DNA of 58,424 bases from Tubiluchus corallicola (GCA_030141605.1 JAQGDQ010001159.1:1-58424), one strand, 5' to 3'. Shown: positions 10,688 through 24,471, numbered from the stretch's first letter. Program-made: numbers and translations. The notes: a model not told the origin generated them from the letters alone.

Positions 10688-10700
10688 CTGAAAAGTGCAC
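10688..10700 (-). other. Candidate 3' splice acceptor for the CDS-containing exon
   Basis: Minus strand gtgcacttttcag|gtaaactg. All three frames close shortly downstream, so the 5' part of this exon would be UTR. Confidence 0.45.
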
Positions 10701-10779
10701 AAAATAACTTATAGTTTTGCATAGCATGGTACAGAATATTCACTCTTGCTGTATTTAAATTTACTACACACAGGCTTGG

Positions 10780-11002
10780 GTGGTAACAATGATCATGGTG
10801 ATGACAATGACAATGATGATGATGACGACGACGACGACGATGATGATGGTGGTGGTGGTGGTGGTGATGATGATGATGATGATGACGATGACGACGACGA
10901 CGACGACGACGACAACGACGATGATAATGATGATGATGGTGGTGATGGTGATGGTGATAGTGATGATGATGATGATGATGACGATGATGATGACGACGAC
11001 GA
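10780..11002. repeat. Compound (GAT/GAC/GGT)n microsatellite
   Basis: Seen directly. Confidence 0.97.
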
Positions 11003-11507
11003 ATAAGGCCGCAAAAATAACAAAGCCGGCTTGTGCAGTAGTTCCTTTCACATTTTCTTCTAATTTGACTAAAAGAATTGTCCAAGGTTCTAGTGCATCT
11101 GCGAATTTGTGTTTTTTTCATAAATATATAGAAAATTTAAAGTGTATAGTGAGTTCTGAGTACATATATATATATATATATATACAGCTGAAAACTCAAA
11201 AAACTTTTTTCCAGTGCAAAGCCATTGGTGAAATGAGCACACGAAAGCTAAGTGTATTTAAACTTTTCAACCTGCTCGACTCACAGTTGACTTTTTAGTA
11301 TTAAACACACACTGTACGTTCTTTCATTGAATAGATGCAGTCTTGTTCTACAAACAATGATTCACCCTGTAAATATCGAATTTTACGTATCGATTTCCAC
11401 CTTTCATTACATTCATGTAACTGATGACAGAATGTAGAATAGTGACTGTAAAGGCTAGGCTAGTTATACGACATGCAAATAAATTACAACAATCAGCTAT
11501 GAGTATT

Positions 11508-12185
11508 GATCATTCAATTCATTCGTTCATTTATTCATTCATCCGTTCATTTATTCATTCATTCATCCATTCATTCATCCATTCATACATTCATTCATTC
11601 GTGCATTCATTCATTCATTCATTCGTGCATTCATTCATTCATTCATTCATTCGTTCATTTATTCATTCATCCGTTCATTTATTCATTCATTCATTCATTC
11701 ATCCGTTCATTTATTCATTCATTCATTCATCCATTCATACATTCATTCGTTCGTTCATTCATTCATTCATTCATTCATTCATTCATTCATTCATTCATTC
11801 ATTCATTCATTCATTCATTCATTCATTCATTCATTCATTCATTCATTCATTCACTCACTCATTCATTCATTCATTCATTCATTCATTCATTCGTTCATTC
11901 ATTCATTCGTTCATTTATTCATTCATCCGTTCATTTATTCATTCATTCATTCATTCATCCGTTCATTTATTCATTCATTCATTCATTCATTCATCCATTC
12001 ATACATTCATTCGTTCGTTCATTCATTCATTCATTCATTCATTCATTCATTCATTCACTCATTCATTCATTCATTCATTCATTCATTCATTCATTCATTC
12101 ATTCAGTCATTCATTCATTCATTCATTCATTCATTCACTCATTCGTTCATTCATTCATTCATTCCTAGAATCATTCATTCATTTA
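11508..12185. repeat. (TTCA)n tetranucleotide satellite
   Basis: Seen directly; explains the HSFI-repeat ORFs. Confidence 0.98.
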
Positions 12186-12352
12186 ATCATTAACCGTTTG
12201 TTCGTTCGTTTGCTCGCTCATTCAGCCATCCACTCATTCAGTAAATATATTTTATATTCAATCCATATAAATATATTCAGTTTTTATAGTAGTTATATTT
12301 TTATCTTTATAATATGATGTCTACGGGCTAAAATAAAGAATAAAGTAGTGAA

Positions 12353-12520
<168 letters not shown>

Positions 12521-13244
12521 TGAATCCATTATATATTCAGGAATTAAACTATTCTTGGAAAACTTGAACGAGTAAGTGATGCTAAACTATTTCTAGAAAC
12601 TTCAATCTCTATTAACTGAATGAAAGACGCAGTTAACGCAAAGCTTTCTAATTTCCAGTTCCGATAATGAATACAACAAACAAGCAGGTACGACGACAAT
12701 GATGATGACAACAATAACAAGTTTGCACTTCTCGATAACACCTCATTCAGAGAGATACAGCACTTTTCATTGAAATGCCACAGCAGCTGCTCTTTCACAA
12801 AAACTGAATTATAAAGACAAAGGTTTCTGCTCTTTCATTCTCAGGGGGCTATCAATAATTGTGATAGATCGTGAAGTTTGCAGATGTTGCAGTCATATAG
12901 AGAAATTGAGTAAACAAGATTTTTAAAACACAAACCTAACACACCCCACCACCTCTCTCTGGTCTTCATATTTAACAGAGTGGTATTCTATAGCACTGAC
13001 GACAAATACGAATCTTTTCTTTTCTATGAATTTTTTCCTAGGACTGGTTCAGTACTGAGTGGGATATCCTTTGCAAGGTACATTTAAAATAGTTTGTTAC
13101 CATACCAGTAGATGGCAGTAGTTATAGGATCCAGTTAAATCGGTGCAGTTATTGTTCAAACTATATCTTGTAACGAGCTTAGAATAGAACAGTACTCGGG
13201 AAAAGTATTTAGGAAAAGTCCAAAAAAGGTCCCAAACACACAGA

Positions 13245-14015
13245 AACTTTAGTCGCACTGAAGCTCAGGGCTCCTTTCTTTTAAAGACTCTTTAGTGGCA
13301 CTAAGATTTAAGACTTTGTTCCTTTGAAAACCCTTTAGTTGCACAGACTTCGGACTTCTTTTCTTTAAAGACCCTTTAGTAGCATTAAGATTTAGGGCTC
13401 TTTTCTTTGAAGACCCTTTAGTAGCACTAAGATTTAGGACTTCTTTTCATTAAAAACCCTTTAGTAGCACTAAGATTTGGGACTTATTTCCTTTAAAGAG
13501 CCTTTAGTAGCACTAAGATTTAGGACTTCTTTCCTTTGAAAACCCTTTAGTAGTACTAAGATTTAGGACTTCTTTCCTTTGAAGACCCTTTAGTAGTACT
13601 AATATTTAGAACTTCTTTCCTTTGAAGACCCTTTAGTAGTACTAAGATTTAGGACTTCTTAGCTTTAAAGACCCTTTAGTAGTACTAAGATTTAGTACTT
13701 CTCTCATTTGAAGATGCTTTAGTAGCATTAAGATTTAGGACTTCTTTCCTTTAAAGACCCTTTATTAGTACTAAGATTTAGGACTTCTTTCATTTGAAGA
13801 CCCTTTAGTAGCACTAAGATTTTGGACTTCTTTCCTTTAAAACCCTTTAGCAGCACTAAGATTTAGGACTTCTTTCCTTTGAATACCCTTTAGTAGTACT
13901 AATATTTAGAACTTCTTTCCTTTGAAGACCCTTTAGTAGCACTAAGATTTATGACTTCTTTTCTTTGAAGACCGTTTAGTAGTACTAAGATTTGGGACCT
14001 CTTTCTTTTGAGAAA
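13245..14015. repeat. Minisatellite, 43-bp unit, about 18 copies
   Basis: Unit gaccctttagtagcactaagatttaggacttctttcctttgaa; no unique spacers. Confidence 0.95.
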
Positions 14016-14934
14016 ACCTTTATAGATGCTTCCAAGGCTTCTTAGCACTTTAGAAACAAAAAATGCGATTCGAAACGAAAAACTACAATATCAATAAATT
14101 AGCTGTTCAATAATACAGCAAAACTCGAGCATTTATCGACATACTTCATGCAAGTTCTACGGTATGACACAATTACTACAAACTACAATGCGCTTACAGC
14201 TGGTAATCGCAAAACATTACAGATTCTTAAATTATATAACTCTGTGCCATTATGAAAATACCTGCCTGAATCATTTTAATAATTTAAATAACCCTGAAAA
14301 TTATACGGCCGTAGTACAAATTAAGATTATGCTTTATAGACGGGTTTTAGTGCACATTTCATTTCTATATCTTTCTAAGTTTAAGTTATGACGGCAAAAT
14401 AAATGAGTGACTTTTCTTTTAATAATATGTTTTTGGTGAGCCAGTGATGCATCTTGGGATGGGCCGTTTTACCAATTGACACGAACATTTCAAAGAATAA
14501 AATAAATATTTTTCCAGTTACGCACTAGCCTTTCAAACAGATACGCATCATTCAAAGTAATATAACTTCGTATAGAAATAGAAAGTTTTTTGGGACATAC
14601 ATCAAAGATTTCATTTTCTTAAATGAGTGGAACAGTCATTATATAACTTTACTTATTTTAAGTGGAATGTGGTGGATTATAAGTGGACTGGGGTGAATTT
14701 TAAGTGGATTGAGGTGGATTTTAAGTGGAACAGCCTTTATTTCAGGCCTTTATGTATACATGGGAAAAAGTTACCACGATGACAAAGACGGAAGATGTCT
14801 GCAGGTGAGGGGAGACAACAGCAAGATAGGTTACAACAGCAAGATAGGTTTCAACTCACAAAATATGCATTGACAAACTGAACGACAGATAAAATACGCA
14901 TAAATGAAATTGTCGCGGAATTTCGTAAGTGCAA

Positions 14935-15390
14935 AACAGTCGTGATTTCAAACACTTGTTGAAGCCACATTCATAGGTAGTTTTGACCTTGTAAAGGTAA
15001 CTTGGCATACGTGATCTTAAACTTGTATTTAACTTATTTTAGATATAATGAATATCGAATATTACAAAAACCTTCTGTCAAACTAACTCGTTGGTAATGT
15101 GTAGATGCCTTGTCGTAGAGAACATTCACATTACCCTCGTTTTGACGGCTTAATTATAAATTATTATCTTAATTAGTTTATATAGATAATTGCAGTGTTT
15201 AAAATTGTTTGTTTATTTTCGTTGTTGTTTTGTTTATGTAAATAAGTGAAATATATGTATATATATATGTTAGCATTACAATTAATCGTCTCTTTTTTGG
15301 CATTTATTAAACACAAGTAAGTACGGTGGTCTACATATAAATACGTATCTCTTTTTTCAAACTTTTTCGGTTTTGCTTACCAAAGAAAGG
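14935..15390. repeat. Dispersed repeat family E (partner at about 34925-35440)
   Basis: Shared sequence gaat.tcgaat.tta...ctaactcgtt.g.aatgtgtagat...attagttta..tagat. Confidence 0.65.
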
Positions 15391-15919
15391 GCCCTCGGAC
15401 ATTTAGGAACCTCGGATATTCAGGGCTCCTTCCCTTTTAAAGCATCAAAATTTTGTTCAAATTTCCGCCATTTCTTTGCAGCAATATACATCTGTAAAGT
15501 GCATACATGGAAATATATAAATTTCAACGCGAAGATAGTTCATTTGTAAAATGTGTGCATTAGAGAGATTTATTAGAGAGCAATATCACAAACTCGTGTG
15601 ATAAATAATGTATGAGCGAGGCTTTAAGTTTCGCGTCAGCAACATTAACTTTGTTGGCAAAAATCTCGAGTGTAAATAAAATAGACTTTTATTTTCCATT
15701 TGTGCCAGTCTTAGAACCCGTTTGTTTTATTGTAGACACTTATGCTAAATCATCTCGATCTTTGGTAGAGGAAGAGAGCGTCAAGGAAGCTGCGGATTGA
15801 ATAAATCTGCATGCACCAGTATGTGAAATGCAACGTGGACTGGAAGAGATATGTACAGAGCTGATCGCCCTCTACTGTGCAACAAAGAAATAAAGATTTT
15901 TTTTTACGCGCAGTAATAA

Positions 15920-16797
15920 TTAAAGGAAGACAGGATGATTTTCCATGCACTACTCCATTTTCAAATCCAACAAAAATACACATTTTAACACAATTAATAC
16001 TGCAAAACGTTTCTGATAATTAAATAATAGATTAAAACTTAATTAAAGGCGGGCGAGCCCAGCTAGTGATGACATCACAAACTAATATAATTTTTAACAG
16101 CAAAATTATTCTACGAGCACGTTGCACGTGTTTGTGAAAGCGAAAATTGAAGTACAGTGCTACTGTAAGATATTCAGTGTTTTGTATTAAAGCTCCAAAA
16201 GTTTTAAGATAAAAATTAAAATTTCAAATTTACCGCCGTGTTCACGCACGAGCTGTCGAACGTGTGTAGTTCGTCACAAACTAAAACACATCTGCACTGA
16301 GAGGTACGGCGCCTGTTTTTTGTGCAATGCGTTTCCGAAACGCACTCGCTAGTGGCCTTCTAATTAGCGAATGGCAACATACATGTAACAGTAAAGAACT
16401 TGTCGCGCGAACGTGAAATTGTGCTTGTGTGGTAATAATTCTTTCATGTAAGTCATTTTTGGAATATAGTGATTGGTGAAAACATTTTAACTAATTAATA
16501 ATTTTATTTTCTAGTTACATAAGTTTTTAAGCACGTAAGCGAAACGCTAAGTAATATAATTTTGCAAGGAAAGTTTTTCGGGACATAGTTTAACATTGCC
16601 ATTTCTTTCCCTGATTTTACGTTGTCGTATATGACGTCATGTAATGGCGGAGCCGGGACAGTATTTCGGAAGATTTAAAATGAAAAAAAATCCTTTCAAC
16701 GCGAGTGGGATATACCCATAAAATTGCTGTAAAGTACTATAATTTTTGAAGCGGTTTTTCTGAAACTTACTTAAAAAACCCTTTTCTTGTCCTTTAA
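15920..16797. mobile_element. Chimeric TTAA-flanked MITE: family B segment joined to the family A right end
   Basis: Begins ttaaaggaagacaggatg (family B end), switches to family A sequence at about 16470, and ends ttttcttgtcctttaa. Confidence 0.75.
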
Positions 16798-16884
16798 TGC
16801 ACTGTGAATGCTTCAAACCATTGTTAACAATCAAATACACCACACTTTTCTAAACATGTACATTTGCATACGCGTTTTTTGTTA

Positions 16885-17070
16885 CAAGCTTCAGTAAAAA
16901 GGTCTTTTCCTGCTGTAAAACATATTAACAATTACCCACGACCCAAACTGAAAGGTGAAAAGCTCAACCATTTGGCATTAATGCATGTAGAATCGTTCCT
17001 GCTCCGGAAATTAAATTCTAACAATGTTCTGGATCAGTTTGTTGAAAGACTAACGATAAAAAATGTTTAA
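16885..17070 (+). pseudogene. hAT transposase C-terminal dimerisation domain remnant
   Basis: ASVKRSFPAVKHINNYPRPKLKGEKLNHLALMHVESFLLRKLNSNNVLDQF matches the recalled hAT dimerisation consensus ASxERSFSxLKxIKxYLRSxMxxERLxxLALLxIE. Confidence 0.8.
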
Positions 17071-17629
17071 GAAGCTGCATTATGTAGGCCCATATGTCTT
17101 TAAAGGAAAAGCGGATGATTATGTAAACACGAGTTCAGAATAAAGAATGCTCTAAAATATTAAAATAGCTTTTTTTAAATCAAAGCTTAGATTAAATAAT
17201 AATTACTTTGGATACTTAAATATCGTTAAACTTTCAAAGCTACGCGCGGCTCAGTGAATCTATTAAGATTGGCAGCGGCGCCTTTTTGTCACATTGGCCG
17301 ATAAATAAAAGGCGGTGATAAGCATGATGAAGAACTGCAGTGTTAGTTTGTGTAATGTACAGCCCATTTTTCGTGACATCATGCGTTTAAACAGTAACAC
17401 TTACGCAAACGTGCTTGGCGCACAAGGGAAGACGCCTGCCATTGCACAAACTGTGGTTAGTTTCTGACGTAAGCAATACTTTATTTTCTTTGTTACTCCA
17501 TTATTTACATCTTTGTAAAATATATGTGCGAAATGAAAGCGTGAAAAGAGGAAGGGGATGTCGAGGAGCCCGGAGAATCGCGAAGCCTGGGGGCCTCGCC
17601 TTGGGCAAATATGGCGACTCTAGGTGGAG

Positions 17630-18745
17630 GGACCACGGAACAAAGGGCAATCGGACAAAGGACGAACGAACAAAGGACCACCAGACAAAGGGCCACAAGA
17701 CAAAGGATCACCCCGGACAAAGAACCATCGGAGAAAACACCATCAGACAAGGGACCACCGGACAAAGGACCACCAATCAAAGGATCATCAGACAACGGAC
17801 CACAAGACAAAGGATCACCCCGGACAAAGAACCATCGGAGAAAAGACCATCAGACAAGGGACCACCGAACAAGGGACCACCAGCGGATGTGCTGACAGCA
17901 GTTGCTTTAGTGAAATTGCAACTTTGACAAACTGTTAAAATTTGATTTTATAAAGCGTGAATTACAATTTTTGGCGACAATATTAATGATTGATAAATGC
18001 CTTATATTTATTTTATGTTATTTTTATTTAAAATTTATTTTAAGACTAGAAATATCAATTGTTATGTGTTATACAACAAGGTACTGTTTCCCAACTGTTT
18101 CGTAAAGTTTTAAAATTTAAAGTTATTTTTAGCATTTTTCAAAATTTTTAATTTTATTTAATCAGTAGCACCATCAAATTATCCGATGCATAAAAATAGT
18201 GTTTTGGCTACAGTAGAAAAATAAATAATGCAGAACTTTGCGTTCAACATTTGAAAATTACTAAACACAAAACACAGTGTATCTCACACGATTTTCCATT
18301 GGCATTTGCCTGGTGGTCCTTTGTCTGGTGGTCTTTTTAGGCGAATCTTTGCCTTTGTCTTTTTAGGTGAATTTTTGTCCAGTGGTCCTTTGTCCGGTGG
18401 TCCATTATCTTTTCAGGTGGCTCTTTGTCCTTTGGTCCTTTCTCCGCTGGCACTTTAATTTTTTAGGTTAATCTTTATCCGGTGGTCCTTTGTCTTCTAG
18501 GTGAATCTTTGTTGTTTGTCTTTTTAGGTGAATCTTTGTCCGATGGTCCTTTATCCGCTGGTACTTTATCTTTTTAGGTTAATCTTTTTCCGGTGGTCCT
18601 TTGTCTGGTGGTTGTTTGTCTTTTTAGGTGAATCTTTGTTCGGTGGTTCTTTGTCTTTATAGGTAAATCTTTGTCCGGTGGGCTTTTGTTCGGTGGACCT
18701 TTGTCTGGTGGTCTTTTGTCTTTTCAGATGACTCTCTGTCCGGTG
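17630..18745. mobile_element. Foldback-like element with arms built of tandem GGACAAAGGACCACC units
   Basis: Left arm about 17630-17885 (ggacaaaggaccacc)n, right arm about 18305-18745 (ggtggtcctttgtcc)n, separated by an AT-rich spacer. Confidence 0.7.
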
Positions 18746-19229
18746 TTAGTGACAGGAACGCGTTACTGCATCATGTGATAAGTGTCCATCGAGGATGTGC
18801 ATTGAATTCCTGCAAGTTGATTTACGTTCACTTATTCAAACAATTTATGTTCGGGGATGAAATGGCCTTAAGGAAAATCTGTGAAGGTTTCGTTGATAAA
18901 CTATCACATAGCTACTTTTGTATCGTGGCCCGTAGAGCATTTGCTGCTAGCTTTATCAACAAAGAATTCATAGAATCAAGTTGCTTTGATTTATATGTCC
19001 AGCAAGAAAGTTGGACACGCGTGAAAGATGCTAAAATTCCTGCCTTCGGTTCAAGACAGTTTGAAAATTGCAGTCGCTTATTACGCTCAAATGGTTATAA
19101 TAGATTTATTGTTAGAAGTAATTATCATTGACATGGGCTATTTTAGCTTCTTTATTGGTAATCATAATGGCGATGATGATGATAGCAGTATTGGTGATGG
19201 GTAGTGATGGGTATAGTCGTGATTATGAA

Positions 19230-19845
19230 GTTGGTAAGGTCAGTTTCAGCATGTTGGTAAGCCCAGTTTTAGTAGGTTGATAAGCCCAGTTTTAGTAAGT
19301 TTTGTAAGTTTTAGTAAGTTTTGGTAAGTTTTAGTATGTTCAACATGTTCGTCAGCCCAGTTTCAGCATGTTCGTAAACCCAGTTTCAGCATGTTCGTAA
19401 GCCAAGTCTCAGCATGTTCGTAAGCCCAGTTTCAGCATCTTGGTAAGCTCAGCTTCAACATGTTGGCAAGCCCAGTTTCCGCATGTTGGTAAGCCCAGTT
19501 TTAGTAGGTTGATAATCTCAGCTTCAACATGTTGGTAAGCCCAGTTTCAGCATGTTGGTAAGCCCAGTTTCCGCATGTTGGTAAGCTTAGTTCCAGCACG
19601 TTGGTAAGCTCAGTTTGAGTATGTTCGTAAGCTCTGTTTCAGTATGTTTGTAAGACCAGTTTCAGCATGTTGGTAAGCTCAGCTTCAACATGTTGGTAAG
19701 ACCAGTTTCAGTACGTTGATAAGCTTAGCTTCAGAATGTTGGTAAGCTCAGTTTCAACATCTTGCTAAGCTTAGTTTCAGCATGTTGGTAAGCCTAGTTT
19801 CGCTATGTTGGTAAGCCAAGTCTTAGTAAGTTTGTAAGCCTAGTA
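19230..19845. repeat. Minisatellite, 23-bp unit, about 26 copies
   Basis: Unit gttggtaagcccagtttcagcat. Confidence 0.95.
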
Positions 19846-20292
19846 ACTCGCACTACACACAGACTAATTCATAATGAGCTAAAGTCTAGGTAAAACAACA
19901 GATTTTACTGAACTGATGAGGCAGGCGGCTTTGCTTTACCCACATGTCACGGGACGATTGTAGTTAAGACGCGTTGCTGTGGTACACTTAACTTTAGATC
20001 TACGACAGCCGCGCATGCGCACAATGAAACCGCGAAAAGGCATGTTTTAATACATTGCAGGTGTCAGCAAATAGAAACGCGACTGTTGCAATTTGGTAAG
20101 AAGGCAGGATTTATTTACAAATCTTGTCTACTAAATTACTTTTCATCAATTGTTCCATCTGTAATTTTAAAGCTCTGGAGCTAAAATGTTAGCTAAATGT
20201 GTACAAAGCTGAAAAAATGAGCTACCCGAAAGTAGGTAAAAATGTGTAAAAAGTGAATGATGTGAACGTTGCAACACGTCAAAATTATTACT

Positions 20293-20600
20293 TTAATGGA
20301 AAACCGGATCCACTCTTAAAACGATAGATGAAAACAATCTACCCTGTAAAATATTGAAAGGAAACATACTATCTTTAACGAATGACTTACGTGAAAGACT
20401 TATTGCCACACAAACATAATTTCGTGTTCACGCCACTAGTTCTTAACTGTTACATGCATTTCGTCATTCACTAGTTAGAAGGGCACTAATGTTGGCATCT
20501 ACGAAACGTGTTGCACAAAGACAGGTGCTGTACCTCTCAGTTCCGAGTTATTCAGTTGTGACGTAGTGCACACGTCCGAGAACTCATTGAAGAAATAAAT
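20293..20600. mobile_element. TTAA MITE family B partial copy
   Basis: Similar to 55674-56290 (aaatattgaaaggaaacatact...gacttacgtgaaaga). Confidence 0.7.
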
Positions 20601-20999
20601 TATTACTTATAAAAAATTAGTGTGTTTTTACAAAAATGAGTTCAAATTTTATGTGCAATATCATTTCATGGATTTAACTTGTTGAAGAAGTAAGTACCTT
20701 TAAAAAGTTAAGAATTAAAGGACTGTACCACTCTATAAACACAGAAAACAATGCACTCCTTGTAATGCTGCAATTAATAACAAATCAGACAGCAGCTTGA
20801 CGGCGGCCATGATTTACAACTCACTTTCTCGGCTATAAATTTCATTATTTCTCTCGGACTTGTAAAGCTTGAATCGTGGAAAAACGATTCGTTTTGTAAA
20901 ACTGACACATATGAAATAGCCTCATATTTCATTACGAGCGAAAAACAGCTGTTCTGTAGACTATCGTTCGTTATTAAGCGCCTTAGAAGAACATCATAT

Positions 21000-21700
21000 G
21001 TGTCGAGAAATACGCCAGTATGGCGTATCTGGAGTTATAGTATTTATACGTGTTTACCCTGTTTGCCTGGATCTGCCCTGGCAAATAGGTTTATGAACGA
21101 ACGCCTATAGGATAAGCAGTATTTGGCATCGTGCCAATTGACCATGCAATTATCCAATTATTTCAACATCAAATAGGTTTCTTCTAAAAACTTATAATGT
21201 GTGGTCAATCCTTTCTGGTTTGAGTTAACATAACAAGCCACCAAGTGCTGTGTGTTCACCAAGGTTCTTATCTAGGATATACTTGGGAGCAGGTTAATTG
21301 GTATGTTAGACTATCTGATATTATTGTTTTAATTTAGTAATATAAAACAAACAATAATGTTATGGTTTTTATCGACATGTTTATAATCATCTACTAATCA
21401 GTTATACTGAAACGTAGTTAAGTCTTTATAATGTAATAGACCAATATATCTCTTGTGTACTAATATGATTTAATACTATTACTTTCATATCGTCATTGTA
21501 AATATCATTATGTAAAAATCATGTAAATTACTTCTAATAATTATGCGCATATTTTAATTCAACTGTTCTATCTAGGTAACAATACATCAAATTAAAAATA
21601 TGCCTATATATTACTGGAAACTGTTATTTCCATACCGTGATTGTAAGTATCATTGATAAAAACCATGTTCAGTTTAATTCAATTCAAATTTTTATTTCGG
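21000..21700. repeat. Dispersed repeat family D (partners at about 34010-34870 and about 57950-58400, inverted)
   Basis: Shared sequence gtcgagaa.tacgccagtatggc.tatct.gagttatagt; 34650-34850 is the reverse complement of 57980-58170. Confidence 0.75.
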
Positions 21701-23346
21701 TAACTTATTTCGATAACACACGTAAATTATTTCTAATAATTAAGCACATACTTTAATTCATCTGTTCTTCGTTTCTATCTAGGTTAGGTCAAATTAGAAA
21801 GATGCTTTGACACAAACATGAAATCACATCTGGGTCGGTAACTTTGAGATAATATTTGAATTTGGGGCAAATTATGCACCAGTTTAGCTCTCCCGCCCCT
21901 TTTCTCATATATTAAAACCAAAAAGAATTAAACCTCCCCCCCAAGTTGCCGACGATATCAGTAATTTGCCTCTAAAACTGACACACATTAAATAGCCTCA
22001 TATTTCGTTACGAGCGAGAAACAGCTGTTCCGTAAATTATCGTTCGTTATAAAGTACCATAGAAGAACAATATATCAGTAATTTGTCGCTAAAACCCGCG
22101 CCTGGAAGTGAAATGAGTCGTTTAAACAAAACTTCTGTAACGTCCAAATTGCCGTGGCTGTAACAAAAGGACAAATTAGCGAAACCACGTTAGACCTGCT
22201 AGCTACAGCTGCTGCTGCTAATAGCATGAAAATGACATTTTCCTCCGAAGAAAGGAAAACGGGATGGTCGGGGAGCGAACTGATGAAAAACCACTATGGA
22301 CGTGTTTTGTTTAATGTGAATAGACCACTATTCATTACTGAGTAAACGTTTTCGGCGTGAATGTATTACAACTCAGTAAACGTATTCAGTTTGAAAATGC
22401 TGCATCGTTTAAAAAATTATCTTTCAAGGAAAAACCAACCCTCGAAAAACGTTCGTTGCATTTTAATGTACATTTAAAAATACTAAAATCACAATACAAA
22501 ATATCTGCAGAGGATGCTTTGCTTAAAAATGTAAAAGAAATTTAAATATTTCTTATTTCCCGCCAAACGAACGTTGATGCCGGCATATTTTAAAAAAAAA
22601 GACGTAAGCTGGTGTATGCTGGGCAGCGTGAATGCCGTGAAGTCAAGTTGTGTAAAGATACGCGTTGAGAATTTTCTACAGTTTGCTTACAAGTTCCGTT
22701 ATTCTAATGTTGCGTTTAACTGTGTTTATCTAGAAATGAGTCATTCGATCAATTGTGATCAAATTTAAAGTGGTTATATTGCTTTAATATACAGGATTAC
22801 ACCTTAAAATATGTAAGTAAATAATTGTGTAAATAATTAGTTTACAGATTTTTTATGACTTTTAGACACGCATGTAAACTTGCCAGCACGTAGTAAGTGC
22901 CGGGTTCGTTACTTAGTTTATGGACTTCGCTCTATAAGTTAAAAAAAGATTCTGAAGCATCTGCTGGTATAAGTGTTTATATTGCACGGGAACTGGATGA
23001 CGCCATTTTCCATCTAAAATGAGCGCCCCCAAGCGTAATGAATCACGACTTTAAATTGATTTTACTAATTACACGAGAGATGCTTATCACAATTTTATTG
23101 CTGAAACTTTCTAACATTTTCCCAAATATTTAAAATAAGCTCAACTTTCCGAGAGACATGGCTTTTGCTTTAACAACCAACTGCAGCCTAGAACTGTTAC
23201 TAATGCAGGAATGAGAAAAGTCTCAATTAACACACGTCTTTATTAACATGTTTCAACCTGTTAAGGGCCTCGTCAGGGACTGTAAGCAGATCAAGCACAA
23301 CATTATTCACCAAAACTCAGTCATACGAAATGTTTATAACTCTTAC

Positions 23347-23503
23347 GCCAGACGGTTTAGTCTAGGGGTAACGCGTCCGCTTTCTGCCAAGGAGGTCGTG
23401 AGTTCGATACAGCGGGATGGTCATACCAAAGACTTTTAAAATGGTGCCTGCTGTTGCCCTATCTGGAGCGTGATATTTAGGGTAAAAGTGGGGTAATAAT
23501 AGT
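23347..23503 (+). mobile_element. tRNA-derived SINE with a Meta-like core (MetaSINE)
   Basis: A-box-like gtttagtctagggg and B-box gagttcgatac, followed by ggtcataccaaagacttttaaaatggtgcctgctgttgccct, which resembles the recalled Meta domain. A second copy lies at 56661-56816. Confidence 0.75.
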
Positions 23504-23869
23504 ATGGACTTTATGACTGCAGTCCAGGGGCCTCTAGCAGCTGAAGAGCCTCCAGAGATTAAGTGAAATTAGTTTACTGTGAAAATTTATTATAGAATGA
23601 GAGTAGCTGAATTATGCTGAATTATCTCTTTAAAAATGGTTCAATTAATTTTTACATTGGAATTGTTTTCTTGTCCATTATCCCAACTCACCGGTACTGC
23701 TACACCCGCATTCTTTACTACAATGACAGGATATTTGGTGAATAAAAGTTAATTAGTGCTAGTAACATTGTCTTTCATTATATGCGTTAAAATAATCGTA
23801 ATTTATTTATTGTAATTCGTGTGGTTTATGTTTAATATTTCATATACAAAATATATAAAACTTATATAT

Positions 23870-24471
23870 ACTTTACAGCATTTTTATGCATATATCACGT
23901 TGATAGGATTTTTTGTTTATTTTCATTTTAAATTTCCCGCAATGCTGTTCAGACGTCGCCATTACATGACGTCATGTACGCACACGCAAATCTGGGAAAG
24001 AAAAGGAAATGTTAAACTATGTGCCAAAAAACTTTCTATGCAAAGTTATATTACTTAGCATTTCGCTTACGTGCTTAAAAGACTTATGTAACTAGAAAAG
24101 AAAATTATTAATTATTTAAAATGTTTTTACCAAATGGTAAAATATCGATGACTTAGCTTCAGGGTACGCCACTCACTAACTAAAACCTTATTTTTAATCT
24201 TATTGACAAGATAGAGTAATTTAAAATTAAACTTGTTTAGTGACATGTGTGCTACGCATGCTCTGATTATTTTTTCCAACTTTACACAATGTTATCCAAA
24301 CTTGTTTCAAATGACTTATCATCAAAGGCTGCGTCATCGCGGAACTTTACATGCTTTATACAGCGCTACTGTCGATGCAAGCCCTGCAAGCAAAGAGGGA
24401 GTATGTAAGTCGTATAAAGTTTCAAGACGAATTTAAACTTCATGTAAGTAGAGGGTTTTCTTGTGCAGTAA
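23870..24471 (-). mobile_element. TTAA MITE family A copy (inverted)
   Basis: Reverse complement of 56891-57480. Confidence 0.85.

Noticed and set aside
17415-17938. Collagen-like or Pro-rich repetitive ORFs (also 27649-27971 and 53119-53578)
   Set aside because: They arise from stop-poor tandem units inside non-autonomous TEs and are open in several frames at once.
18775-19131. 118-aa ORF (also 48538-48858, 41755-42057, 42611-42871 and 22154-22768)
   Set aside because: No recognisable motif, splice structure or coding-like composition; the lengths are compatible with chance.
23347-23420. tRNA gene
   Set aside because: A/B boxes are present but no cloverleaf could be formed, and a SINE core follows; called as a SINE head.
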